In this document: in pieces, positions 12,801 through 24,800 of the stretch
Layout: every line of letters starts with the position of its first letter
How positions within the stretch are numbered: position 1 is the first letter of the stretch
Program-made: the position numbers and the translations under genes
Assembly: GCA_964187785.1 (NCBI GenBank)
Contig: OZ076409.1
Location: forward strand, 64,978,001-65,042,000
DNA from: Amphiscolops sp. MND2022
Lineage: Eukaryota
DNA length: 64,000 nt
Reading direction: 5' to 3'
The notes under the pieces: model-generated
Seen by the model: only the letters and a program-made list of their open reading frames with translations
What the model was told of the DNA's origin: nothing
Database searches by the model: none

Positions 12801-15800
12801 GTCTCAGTTTCCCATTCGGCTTCTTTTGTGCGAATATTGGGCTGGCGTATTTCGAGAACGGTAAGGTAGTTATTATGCCATATTTGTGGAGCATGGCTAA
12901 TTCAACTAATATGTCCTCCTTTAAGTTTATCGGTGCAGGGAGGCTCTGGCTATAGGCTGGGGAATCATCTTTGGGTGTCAGCTTCACTTTGAATTCCTCA
13001 TTCATGCCTATGTCGAATCTATGTCTCGCAAAAATATCATGGAACTCCACTAGTAATCGTTCGATTTTCTCTTTTTCATCAGGTGTCAATGTGGAGTCTT
13101 TCCAGTCAAAGTTTTCCAGGAATTTTGTTCTAGATTCCTCGTCCTTTGTGGGATCAAGTGATTCTAGTTCCTGTAGGGCTAGTAATTCACGGAGTATCCT
13201 TTTTTGGATTGGTGTATGTTCTTCCGGATTCCCTGGGTTCTCTGGGGTTGGGAACCAGTAGTTTTCGGTATTTTGTGGATTCTTGTTAGTCTTGATGAGA
13301 CTACTGACGTAATGGGCTGCCTGCTCTTGGTCATTTTGTAGCAAATGCCAGGTTGAAGCTGGGTCTACCGGTTTAACGTATTTCATCTGTTCTGGCGTCA
13401 TGACTGAGAAACTGGCAATATGGAGTCCCTTTTTGAGCTTGTAAGGGTGGTCTGTGAAATTGTTCACCGGTATCTGTATATTGCCATCATTCAAACTGAC
13501 CAAGGCTGGACAGAATGTGATGTCGCCTTCTTCATGGAGAAGGTCGCTCGGTTGTAAAATCCCTGTGACCGTGTTTTCAGGGTACAATAGGGAATTGGTC
13601 CTAATTAGGACTCTGTCGTTTGGCGGAATGGTTATTTCGGTAGGGTTCAGAATTGGTTCAAGTATATTCGAGTATTTGTGATCAGCTGTTTTGAGCTGCA
13701 TCGAAAAGAATGGAAAGTTCAGTATTCCTTGCCTCATGTCCAGAACTGTATGGTTTCTCTGTAGGAACATGAGTCCTATAATCGGTCCTGTCAAGTGTTC
13801 CATTACTATGAAAATTTCATGGAACTCTATGTCACCAACTTCAAATTTGAGCTCTATCGTACTCTTTGGAGTTTCTAGTTGCCCATTTGCGACCATTATC
13901 TGGAAATTCGGAGGTGGACCCTCCCGGATGACTGATTGCGGCGATAGGAGCCTGATTTTCCGGAGGTCCATTTCAGGGATTGCACTGGATAAAGCACCAG
14001 TGTCAATAAGTCCATCTATGGTCAGTTCCCCAAAGTCCATAGGGAAATACAGCATGCGTTTTTTGCATTTCAGGTTTATGCTGGTGGACAGAGGAATACA
14101 GTCTGGTTCTCCTTCTCTAGTAATGAGGATGTTCTGAAATTGACTTTCATCAAGTAGTGACTGTGGTATTGTTTCTTCTGGTTTGTCTGAGGTTTCGGTC
14201 CCCAAGGGGTTTGGGAACACTGGGTGGCTTGTCCCATCATTCATCTGCCATGTTTCAATCAATGCTCTGGTTTTCTTGTTATGGGTGATTGGTGGATTGT
14301 CGTGGACTGATCTGTTATAGAGTTCTATGTCATCGATAACGTATTGGAATTGCAACAAATCCTGGTTGTAAAGTTCGGTATCCCAATAGGGATCTCGTCC
14401 ATAGTCAGGATCTATGTAGGTAGGGTTGTAGTCGTCTACCAAGGGAATGGGCCTGAATCGGCTAGTGAAAGCAGATGTGTAATCAGGGTCCCATACAGGA
14501 ATTGGTTTTTGGAGCAAATGGGTATTATTATAGGTGATAATGGTAGCTTTTTCCATCTGTTGCTGCCAGACAACAGAGGGGTAACCCATCAATTGTTGTT
14601 GGTATTCATGGAAAGTTTTCGTCGGAGGATCCGACCTGATGTATTGACGGACGGATATTAGTTGGTTGTATTGGAGTCGTGGCGAAGTTAGTTTTTTGAC
14701 TCATCTTTGTTTGATGAGGATTGGGTATTGGAGGACGTTGGTTTGTTGTGTGGTTTGGGTGCCTTGAAGTCATTGTCGGTGTCTGAAGAATCTTCAGGTC
14801 TGGTTCGTTTGGGTTTCAAGTGAGCACCTGCTCCCTGCCAACATCGCTCCTCTGGATGATTTTTCTTGCCACAAGTCCCGCATTTAGGGTACGTTTTCTT
14901 CTCCGTCGATTTGCCTTGTTGGGCATCTTTTTCTTTCTTCTTTTTGAGTTTTTCACAGTCTTTGACCATGTGGCCCTTTTCCTTGCAGTAGTTGCAAGTT
15001 ATATTTGACATTTGATTAGTGGACAGAGGGGTTTTAGTCTTGGAGGATGAGGAGGTCATTGTTGCCATGGGTAGGTCATCTGACTCCTCAAGGGCGTTAA
15101 GCTCTAATTCCCTCTCCAAATGAGCAACTATTTCGTCGTAAGAGCCATTTTCTAATCTGGCCATGTTGACTGATCGCTTGAGTTTCGGAGGCAGTTTTGC
15201 GTACAATAGGCTGTCAATCATTTTTTGTGCATGATCGCCGAATGCTTTTTCTGCCCCTTGATTCAATTCTTCAAGGAAATCCGGTAATTTCATCGTGTTG
15301 GGATCAAAGACCAAGCGGTGCCATTTGTGCTTGGCAGTCGCTTGTGACTCGGGTTTGACGTATTTTCGTCGGAAAATGACCAAAACGTCTTCAAGAGTCT
15401 GTCGGTTGGTCGAGTTGATATTTCTGAACGTCTGAAGAGCATTTTTCCTCAAAAGCGAGTGGAAATGGGTAATCTTCATTTGTTCAGTCATTTCTGGCTG
15501 CATCTTGATCATAGTATGAAACAGATCTTCGAACAGTTCAAATTTCTCACTTTTGCCGTCAAAGGTCATGGTATTTGAGTTGACCGGGCGTATGGTGAGT
15601 TGTTGGGCTGTTGGTCGGTTCTGCATGTTTGTCAAGACATCTGCCAGTCTAGTAATTGGATCAGATTCGGCAACCGGAGCGGGTCTTTCTTGTGCTGGGA
15701 TCGTCGTGTTAAGGTTGATGTCTTCATAGGACTGGTCAAGATGATTCCGCGATAGAATCCGTCCTGTGAGAAACTCAGGAACTTGATTCGGAGATTCGTT

Positions 15801-18800
15801 GTCTCCTGTCACCATGTCGTAAGCATTTAAATTAATACCACCATCATTCTGATGGTTATGGTTATGCTTGCTAGTTGAACTGTCTTTGGGGTTAATATTT
15901 TGCAGTCCTTCGGAATTTATTTCCGGTCTCTCGGACGGAATGTCCCATCTGTTTTGTGTCATGTGTCCTGATCCGGCACTAAGGGCGGATTGGATTTGTG
16001 GGAGTACTTGGTTGCTTATTGCATCATTAATTGCCCTTTGGATCTGAGAATTGACACTACACATCATATCATCTAACTCTCTTGATAATCTAGAGTTCAA
16101 TTCACTTGACAACTTGTTAATCTCAGCACTAGAGTTGCCACCAATTGAGTTTCGACCATAATTGGCATTATTACCAGGATCAATGTCCCTTGTGACTGAG
16201 TGCCTGTTTTCACCACTATTTCCTAGTTCATCTGCAGAGGTACTACCAGGCCTTCTGCCGAAATTGCTACTAACACTTCCGTCCCTTTCATTTCTATTGA
16301 AGTGGTTTTCCCCTAGCATTATGTCAAGGTTCTCCAAGTCAGAAAGCATCTCAATTCCTCTAGACTTTCTAGCTTTCTTTTGTTTCCTTGTAGTAGGCAT
16401 CAAGGTTTCAAGGTTGAATATTTTATTTGGTAATCTAGTCTTGCAATCTATAAATGCGTAACAAATCAACTGATCTGAACAATCGGTATGGAATTAATAA
16501 TCACCTCAAGGAAACATTGCTATATATACCCTTACAAGTGTGATCAAATTCCATTTGTAATCGACAAATTCCTTAATGGTCATGAGGACCGACATACAGT
16601 TAGATAGTTAGCACCTCGAAGACTTTCAGGAATTCGTCCTAGTAAGGTCAAATGTTATTCCAAACATCACGTGGTTATAGGTGTGACAGGCGGCGCGCCC
16701 AACTTACATTGACCGTGAGTTAACATCAAACAAATAACTAACGTACTTAACATCAATACAAATAACAAAAATGTTAACAATGCACTGTTCATTGCATTCC
16801 TTATTACAAGGTGTTGAGACAGCACGTGCTACCACGCGGCTTGCCATGTGCCGTCTAATTCACGTATCAAATTGAATAAATCATGATCAACAAACGCAGC
16901 AGTGACATTGGTGCAAGTTATTTTCACGAGGCCGAAACTGGCCATGACCGGGGTTTCAGTCTTGCACTGGGAAAAGGTGGGGGGGGCTTCATTCCAACTG
17001 CAATTATTATTATGCTTATTTCTCACATTTAAGCAGAGGGGGAGTATAATTATAGCATCAACAAGTGGACTAAAGTGAATTTGAAATAATAGGTCCGGTT
17101 ATTACTATCAAAGCAACGTCAATTAACTATTTGTACAAAATGGCCGGAACCGGCCGTTTGACCAAGTAATACAGCACAGCAAGCGTTATTTAGGAAATAG
17201 GCCTAATTAGGCCATGATAGCAACAAAGCTAATATAGCACAACAAATACAGCGCTTTGATTGGATAAGACAATGCGCTCAAGTGACGCTTTTGGATCAGC
17301 GCTTAGCATCACTTGAACACGTTTCCTATACTGCCTTACAGTTGCTTTATATTACATTGCTCTGCTGTAATTGCATTCAACACATTTGCAACATAAAACA
17401 TCCCAATTTGGACAATTCCAAATTGTACTTAACAGACTAATATTCAGTTTGGATAAATAAACTAAAATAGTTAAAGCGAGTCTTGGCAATTGCAGTTTTG
17501 AGTTTAATAAATGGGTAATGTACCTGGGGTAATTTCTTGTCCGTATCCCGAGGTCGTATAGTTGTTGCCATCACAGGCGGCAGCCTGCGACAGCTACTTT
17601 ACTTTTATAGAAACTTGGACCCTAACCGGCGTTTTGTATTAGTTTCGAATTGACTGAATTTTAGAAAAATAGGATGATAATCAAAATTGCGAAAAAATGA
17701 AGAGATTAACAATAACGCGCTGTCGTTTTAACAAAAACAAAAAATTAAGACAATAACGCGTTGTCGTTTTTCACGTTAAAGAATGTTACTACTATTAACA
17801 TCTCTCTGTAGACTACTTCATGTTTTTGCGCAAAAAAAATGTAGACAGAGACTGAAATACAAGATTGCCATTAATCCACACCAGGTATTGATTTGTTAAT
17901 ACCCATTGCCATTGCTTACCTGAGTGACATTGAAGGCTGAACTGGCCGCGAGCCCGTTTGAGAACCCTACCCCTAAGGAGAGCACGTAATAAGACCAGGG
18001 GTCAGACAGGGCGAAAGAGGTGAGGAAGCAGACACCCAACACTCCGCCCTTCAAGGGGTAGCACTTGAAAAACTTGAGGGGCCAGATGGCTGAAGCTACG
18101 GGCAGGATCACCCTAGGCAGGGCGCCCCCGATCCCTTGTAGAAGCATGATCTGTTGCTGCAACAAATTATATTAAGCATTTCTATAGTCTCAAAGAATGT
18201 TGCAGGTAAAGAAAAAGCAACCATGTATTACTTGTTGAAGCAGCGACTTGAAAAGGCAAGTTGGTTCTTCGGAGCTATGTAATCAAGAGAACCTGAACCA
18301 GTTTACCGGGTAAATTTCAATTGGTCAAGCGAAAAACTTTTTGGAGTCGGATTTGATTTCAGAATGGATGTCTTTGACATTGGTGTGAAAAGTGAAACGA
18401 GTCTTTCATGGTTCTACAGTAATTGCAAATACTAGTTACCAACACTGTTTCGCAACAAATTTTCGGCACTTTTGGTCATTGGTTCAACTTTCAAAACCGT
18501 AGACCTTATGATGGCAAATCGTTTGAGTTGCTACCATACAGTTTGTCGCGATTCAATCGTATTAAAAAAATAATATACATTTTTGGGTATCTACGATATT
18601 TTATCGGTAAACCGATTGAATAGCTTTTTTGACGATTAATCAAATATTCAAAAATTTTGATTGGTCCAGGTTCCAGTATGCAACCAATTGACAAGTTTCC
18701 AACATCGTATTTGTGTTTAGGTTCAAACGCTAGAAGTGAAAGAAGCAACGAATTTTAGGCTCCGATTTTAATGATAGTATCCTTTTCATCAGATGATAAC

Positions 18801-21800
18801 TTTCAATATTCTTCCTGCTGTGTAAGTTACGAAGTCTAAAGTTAAGCAGCCTGAGCAATCAACCTAACCGAAGCTTTTTTCATAAGAACTAAATTGATGA
18901 TAGCCGCTAATTCTCTAATATTTTTTCCGGTATACTGGCACTACCAGGCAGGCAGTTCATCGATGGTCACAGGTGGGAACGAATTTGTCTCTTCTGAGAG
19001 CTCGCCCATTAAACCCAGTAGCCCTTACCTTTAAACGCCCGGTTTCCCTGAGTTGTCAGCCCAGACAAATTTTGCATGAATAACTTAACTAACCTGTTCA
19101 TTTTTGTAGCCTCTGGATGCCATTTCTCCTGGCAGGAACATGAGACCGATGAGGTTTGAGAGCCAGAATGTGAGGACGTCCAGAATGAGCCAGTAAAAAG
19201 AGGGATACTTCATCATGTCAGTTGAACACTGGCTGAACATACCGGCAAAAAAACCGCAACGAGAACTACCAGCATGTCTCTCATTCCTTTTTGTATTGCG
19301 AGAGAGTTGATCTGAAAAAAGATACATCGCTATGAAACAGATTAAAGTGAAGCCCTTGTTCCTCTTGATGTTACAACAGAAGTGAAATATATAACTGATA
19401 TGACCACACTATAGGCATTTTCTAACATTCACTTTTTCGTATGATATCGAAGGGCCTCTTTGGCATTTTTTGACAATGTGCGAATTTTGGAAAAAAAACA
19501 ATTCAAAAGAAAGCCGCCTTTACATTTTTAGCACTGTCAGCATTTCCAGGTTTGTTTTAAAATGCCTCTGAGCTCACTTAATGTTGTTTGCGGAATTCGA
19601 GCCTATAGACGGGAGCCAATTTTGACCTGTTCGCAGCTTGTATTTGTCATTTTTCTGTACTAAATACCAAAAATTTGTCGTGTTTGCGACCATAGAATTT
19701 TTTAAAAACTTCAGTACTTATCAGTCATGAGTCGAAACAAGCCAGAAGAGGCACAAATATGTGCCCTGCTTAAGGTTCGAAAAACTCGAAGGCCTCAATT
19801 TCACAGTGCCGAAAAAAACAAAAGAGGATCCTTTGGTCCTAAAAGGCCTTTTCGAACTAAAAATGTCAAAAGTTAAAGGAGTTTTGAAAATTATAAATTT
19901 CTTGAAAACAAGGTCACACATTGTCAAAAATAACACTCAAATTCCGTTTTAATAGAAATAAATATTTCAAAGTATAAAAGGGAGAACTCTTTCAATCAAT
20001 TTGGCAATTTGTAGAATTTGCATGATTACATTGACCGGATTGAAAAAAAAACAACTACAGATGACTATGATAGTCGCGCTTTATTCCATAAAGCACCAAC
20101 TAAAAACCAGCTTGTTTTTGATTGAGCAAATATCAAAACTTACTGTGACTGCCAGATTTGGAGTCCAATGCTTCCAGGGCAGTTACTGAGCCATAGCCAA
20201 TCACAAACATGAATATAGCTGTGCCTTGGATAACTTCGTGCCAGGTTTTGAACTGAAGTATATAGCTATAGACATATCCAGACACGATCTGGGCCAGAGC
20301 AAACCCTAGAAGACTGTAAGCACTGGCACCTTTGCTCTGTTTCGCCTGGTGCTTATGGGGGAAGTAGGATCCTGCCTGACTACTGATTGCGTAGTAGATT
20401 AGGTTGGACCCCATTCCAAAGGAAACGCCCAGGGTTGCAAAAAGAGTCAAGACTGTTGTGCTCAAGGATGCAAGGTAGAGGCTAATCACGGAGAAAAAGA
20501 GGCCCATCTAAAACACAAGAATTTGGATGTATTTAAAAATGTGCAAAATAATTACCATGATATGTAGTAAGAAAAGTAGCGTGCAAGAGCAGCAGACTTT
20601 CTTATGAAAGCTACTCTTGTTCAAACTGCTTGAACGTTTCGCATGTTTTTGGAGGTTGGCAACAAATATTGACTATCGTTTTCTGAAATTCTCAGGGAAA
20701 CTATGTGTTCGCTCCGTTGCAATCGACTTGTATCAAGCTGCTTGATTTTCATCAATCATCTGGCTGAAAAATAAAACCGTAAAATTTTGTGGGTTTCATT
20801 ATGCATCAGTTCTATTTTTGGTCGGAGCTTTCGTAATACTTTAATTTCAATTTCATATGAAACTTTTATGGCATTTGGCCTAGGGGATGAGTGCGTGAGT
20901 GGGCATCAGGAGAGCGTGTGTTTGAATCTTGCGTTGAATGTAGTTTTTTGTGCTTGCAAAAGTAGTCGGGAGACCAAATCGTTGGGTTATTTCGGCACTC
21001 TGTGATTTTTTGTTGGCACTTTTTTTATTTCAAAAAAAAGTGTTTCAACTTCCCAGTGTAAAAATTCTTGAAACTCTTTCCAAGATCTTGCATATTCTTA
21101 CATATTCCTGTTTACTCGTGAAAGTCTTGTTAAGATCTTGTTTACTCTTGCTTCACGCAAACCTCTTGAAATTCTTGATGAATCTTAGAATCTTGTTAAG
21201 AGTCTTATCAAGAGTGTCAAGAGAATGAATGAGTTGTGAAACAAATGGCAATTTTGTATACAAGTACTTTGCTGTTGTTCGCACTACCAGCTACACTTTC
21301 ATTCTTTGAAGTATTGCATATAGGACAACACAAAGTAGTGAAATTCAAAACGTGATAGCTTGGTTGGTTGCGCGAAAACCCAGGTTTTCGATCTTTGCGA
21401 ATCTGTGCAGATCTGCAGGGTTTTTTCTGCAGGATTCTGCAAAGATCGTTGCACTGAATCTTGAAGATCCATACAGATCTGCAAGATCTTTACAGAAGTG
21501 TGCAGATTTACTTTAAAGATTTTTTGCAGAAATATGTTTTTCTGCAGCTTCTAAGGAACCAATATACTGCATTTTTGGACTTCTTCAACTACTTCATCCA
21601 GTAATTTAGTTCACCAAGGCTAGGTCAGTTGATACTCTCCATCACTCAAAATTCTCGAGAAGGAAAATTTGACCCCATCACAGTAGTTTTGGTGATTGGA
21701 GAATGCACCTTATTGGTTATACACCGTAATTTATCCATTTCACTTGAACTTTCCAGAAGAGGTTTTTGAACTTTGAGAAGCTCGTTTGCCTTATTGACTT

Positions 21801-24800
21801 CGTTTTGATGGATGAAATTTCACATGTGGCAACCTTCTGGGTTGGTAGATGTGTTGATAAAGTGGTGTTGTTGTAATATTTCGGAAACATGGTTTGTTAC
21901 AGTAATTTAAATAATTTCTTGTAACTCAAAATATATTATAGTAATTTACTGGTCATTGTTTGGATCTGTACAGATCTGTAAAGAACTGCAAAACTCTACA
22001 GATCTGTACAGATTGCTGCAGAAAATATTTCATCATTTTGACATAAATGAGATTTCTCTCGGGTTTTAAACATTTTTATTATTCGTTTGACATTACTGTG
22101 GGGTTTCCATTGTGTTTCTAAGTAGGTCATTTTTCTTCGAATCTGCACATATCTGCAAAGATCTGCAGAAATCCTGCAGATCTGCACAGATTCGCAAAGA
22201 TCGAAAAAATGGGAAGCTGTGGCATAATAGGTAGGCTGATCAAGCTGCAGTTGGCGTCAGTTTTTGTTTGTTTTCATTCACTTTTGTCAGTTAATCTCTT
22301 GAATTTCTTGGCACGATCTTGCAAGATCTTGCAAATTCGTGGATTTCTTCGTAAGAGTCTTGGCAAGATTCTTACCAAGAACTCCAGGAATATCCAAGAT
22401 TCTTATCAAGAGTTGCAAGAGTTTTTACACAGGGTTCGCAAAAGACATCTCACGAGTATAAAAGTACCCATCTTAGAGTTTTTTGGTACTCTGCGAATTT
22501 TTTTGAAAAAAAAATAAACAACTTGTATTTTTTAAGGTTTCCCTTGAAAAACAATGGTTGCCGAGCTTAAAGGGTCTCTTTTAGAGTTTTTGGCTTAACG
22601 AAAGATTTCTTGCAAAAAAATAAAATTTTTCGTGAAATATTCAAAATTTTGGATCAAAATTGTGTCGAGTTAAAGAAAAAGGGCTTTTTGAATCTTATGG
22701 GTATTCCTCCTAGTAGTTTTCGGCAATGTATACTTGATACAAATTTTGACAATAGTTTCTCTTTGTATATTTTGAAAACTTTGTTTGAGCTTTGGGCCGC
22801 TCCCGACGTGGGCCGTTTCCGACTTGTTAAAGGTAGATGAGACAAGCCGGGAACGGCCCAAGTCGGCGCCATATCCAAGGCTCAAAAATAGCAGAAGGAC
22901 TTCAAAATGTCAAAGTATTGGTGAATTGGGGACCCTTTTAAGAAAAAACAACAAAAGCTCTCAAAAAACTAAAAATTGAAAAAATTTTTTTTTTTGAAAT
23001 TTTTTGTCGAAGTTTCCGGTAAGTCGCATAGTGCCGAAAAATGTAAAAGGGGGGACGCTTTTTACCTCATGTTTGACGCTTTGGATGCGTTGAAAATGAA
23101 GTACTAAGTACATATGGTAAAAGTTGGTAAATGTGCATTAATTGGATTAATGCACAAAAAGTGGACGTACGCGTTGAACTGACGAAAAAAAAAACTAGCC
23201 ACTGTAAGAGTCGGGATTTTCTTCGAAAACGCCGACTAACAATATCTTTTCTCTGCCGTTTTGATGCAAAATAACTTTATTCGCCTTTTTAACTGCAGTG
23301 TTGTGAACATTAGCGTCACTCCTGACTTATATTCAAAACTTAACCATTATATGCAGGCCTGGAGCATGTAAAAAGTTCTAGCAGTCTCGATTAGTGTTAA
23401 AACATTACAAAAAACCTCTTTGAGTGAAAGTCTATCTCTTACAAATATGAATGATTCAAATAGTTAAGGTCCTTGTTATGGTTTTGCACGCTTCATGTGA
23501 TTCATACGCAACTTGCGTGGCACTCAAGCACCCACTACGTTCCTCAAACATGTAATATTATCACAAGTTATCAGGGACGTAGACAGACAAGTCTGGACTG
23601 GTCAAAGACTCTAATGCGACCAAAATTTCGAACAACTTGCAAAACTGTGCGTGCGAGTACATGGTTCAAGATGACGAGCAATTTGGATCAGAACATGCAA
23701 TGAGCACGCAGGGCGTGAGAAAATACGGAAAATTGTAACGGCATGTAGTGACAGGTCGCTTAACGCGTTAACCGAGGTGGAGAAACCTGCAGAAATGGGT
23801 AAATCGCTCGGGACGGGCGCCCATCGCCACAGATCCATTTTGTCTCCACGGGTGGAATACGTCCCGAGGCCGTGGGTGCTTCGACGAGCACGGTCCCACC
23901 GATCCTAATCTTTGATTGCTAATAGTTACGGGTATCTTCCTGACACATTAAAGACCACTGCTTAACTAGCACATAAAAACAACCCAAGAATAAAGTGAAT
24001 TTCCATTCCCAGGGTGACGTCGGAAAATAGTCTGAAATTGCAAAAACTATTTATCGGGCTAGTAGATACAGCTAACAGCAGTGAAAATACAACGTAGCAC
24101 GAATAGATATTGCAGACCACACAGCTAAAAGCTGGGGCGCAGGGGCTTCAAGTACCAAATAAGATTCCTTAAGCAAAAGCCTCATTTTCCGGTCTCGCAA
24201 TTTAGGGTAGCATTATGCTGAAAATCAATAAAAACCGGAGGTAAGCACCAAATAAGAGTCTTTCTTGAGGTTTTCACAGTCTTCATGAGCTATCTCGTTT
24301 TCTGTGTTCTCGCTCGGTCTGCTCTTGCTCTCGTTTTGCTTCGAAAACAGCGGAAACAGCGAAAACCATATGCCTAGTGCTGTCACTATCGACTAATTTT
24401 GGGGTACCAGAGGGTCCCGTTACACATTATTAAAAAGTCTAGGATTTGAAGAAAATGGACTTATTGCATGTCCGAATGAGATGTTTCGCGAATTCCAGAA
24501 TATAAAAAAAAACTTTTTGAACTATTTGCATATCATTGACAATGTCCATTTCATTTCAGCTTTTGTTTACGAACTGGTGTCCTAATGTTTCCTAATCTTC
24601 CAATTCTGTGATTTTGCGTTAATTGAGAATTATAAACCTCCGCCCAAACAAATGACTGTTTCTAAATTTTGATTGAAATTCATTTTGTTTACATTATTAA
24701 AAAAAGAATTTTTTTACTATTCTATTTCGTGACCTCATTTTTTCTGAAAAGCATCCCTCTTATCATTGAAACGAGAATCAATTTCCGTAAAACTCGAAAA

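Larger units (their letters stand above)
1469..17592 (-). mobile_element. Full-length Ty3/Gypsy LTR retrotransposon with extra cargo genes
   Basis: Two direct LTRs with TGTCG...CGACA ends; 5 bp TSD GCTAC at 1464..1468 and 17593..17597; intact gag and pol with PR-RT-RH-IN domain order. Confidence 0.97.

Noticed and set aside
13400..13660. dUTPase between protease and RT
   Set aside because: Beta-rich linker without recognisable dUTPase motifs; cannot be supported by eye.
9715..14661. Plus-strand ORFs opposite pol
   Set aside because: Shadow frames of the long pol ORF with no motifs or splice support.
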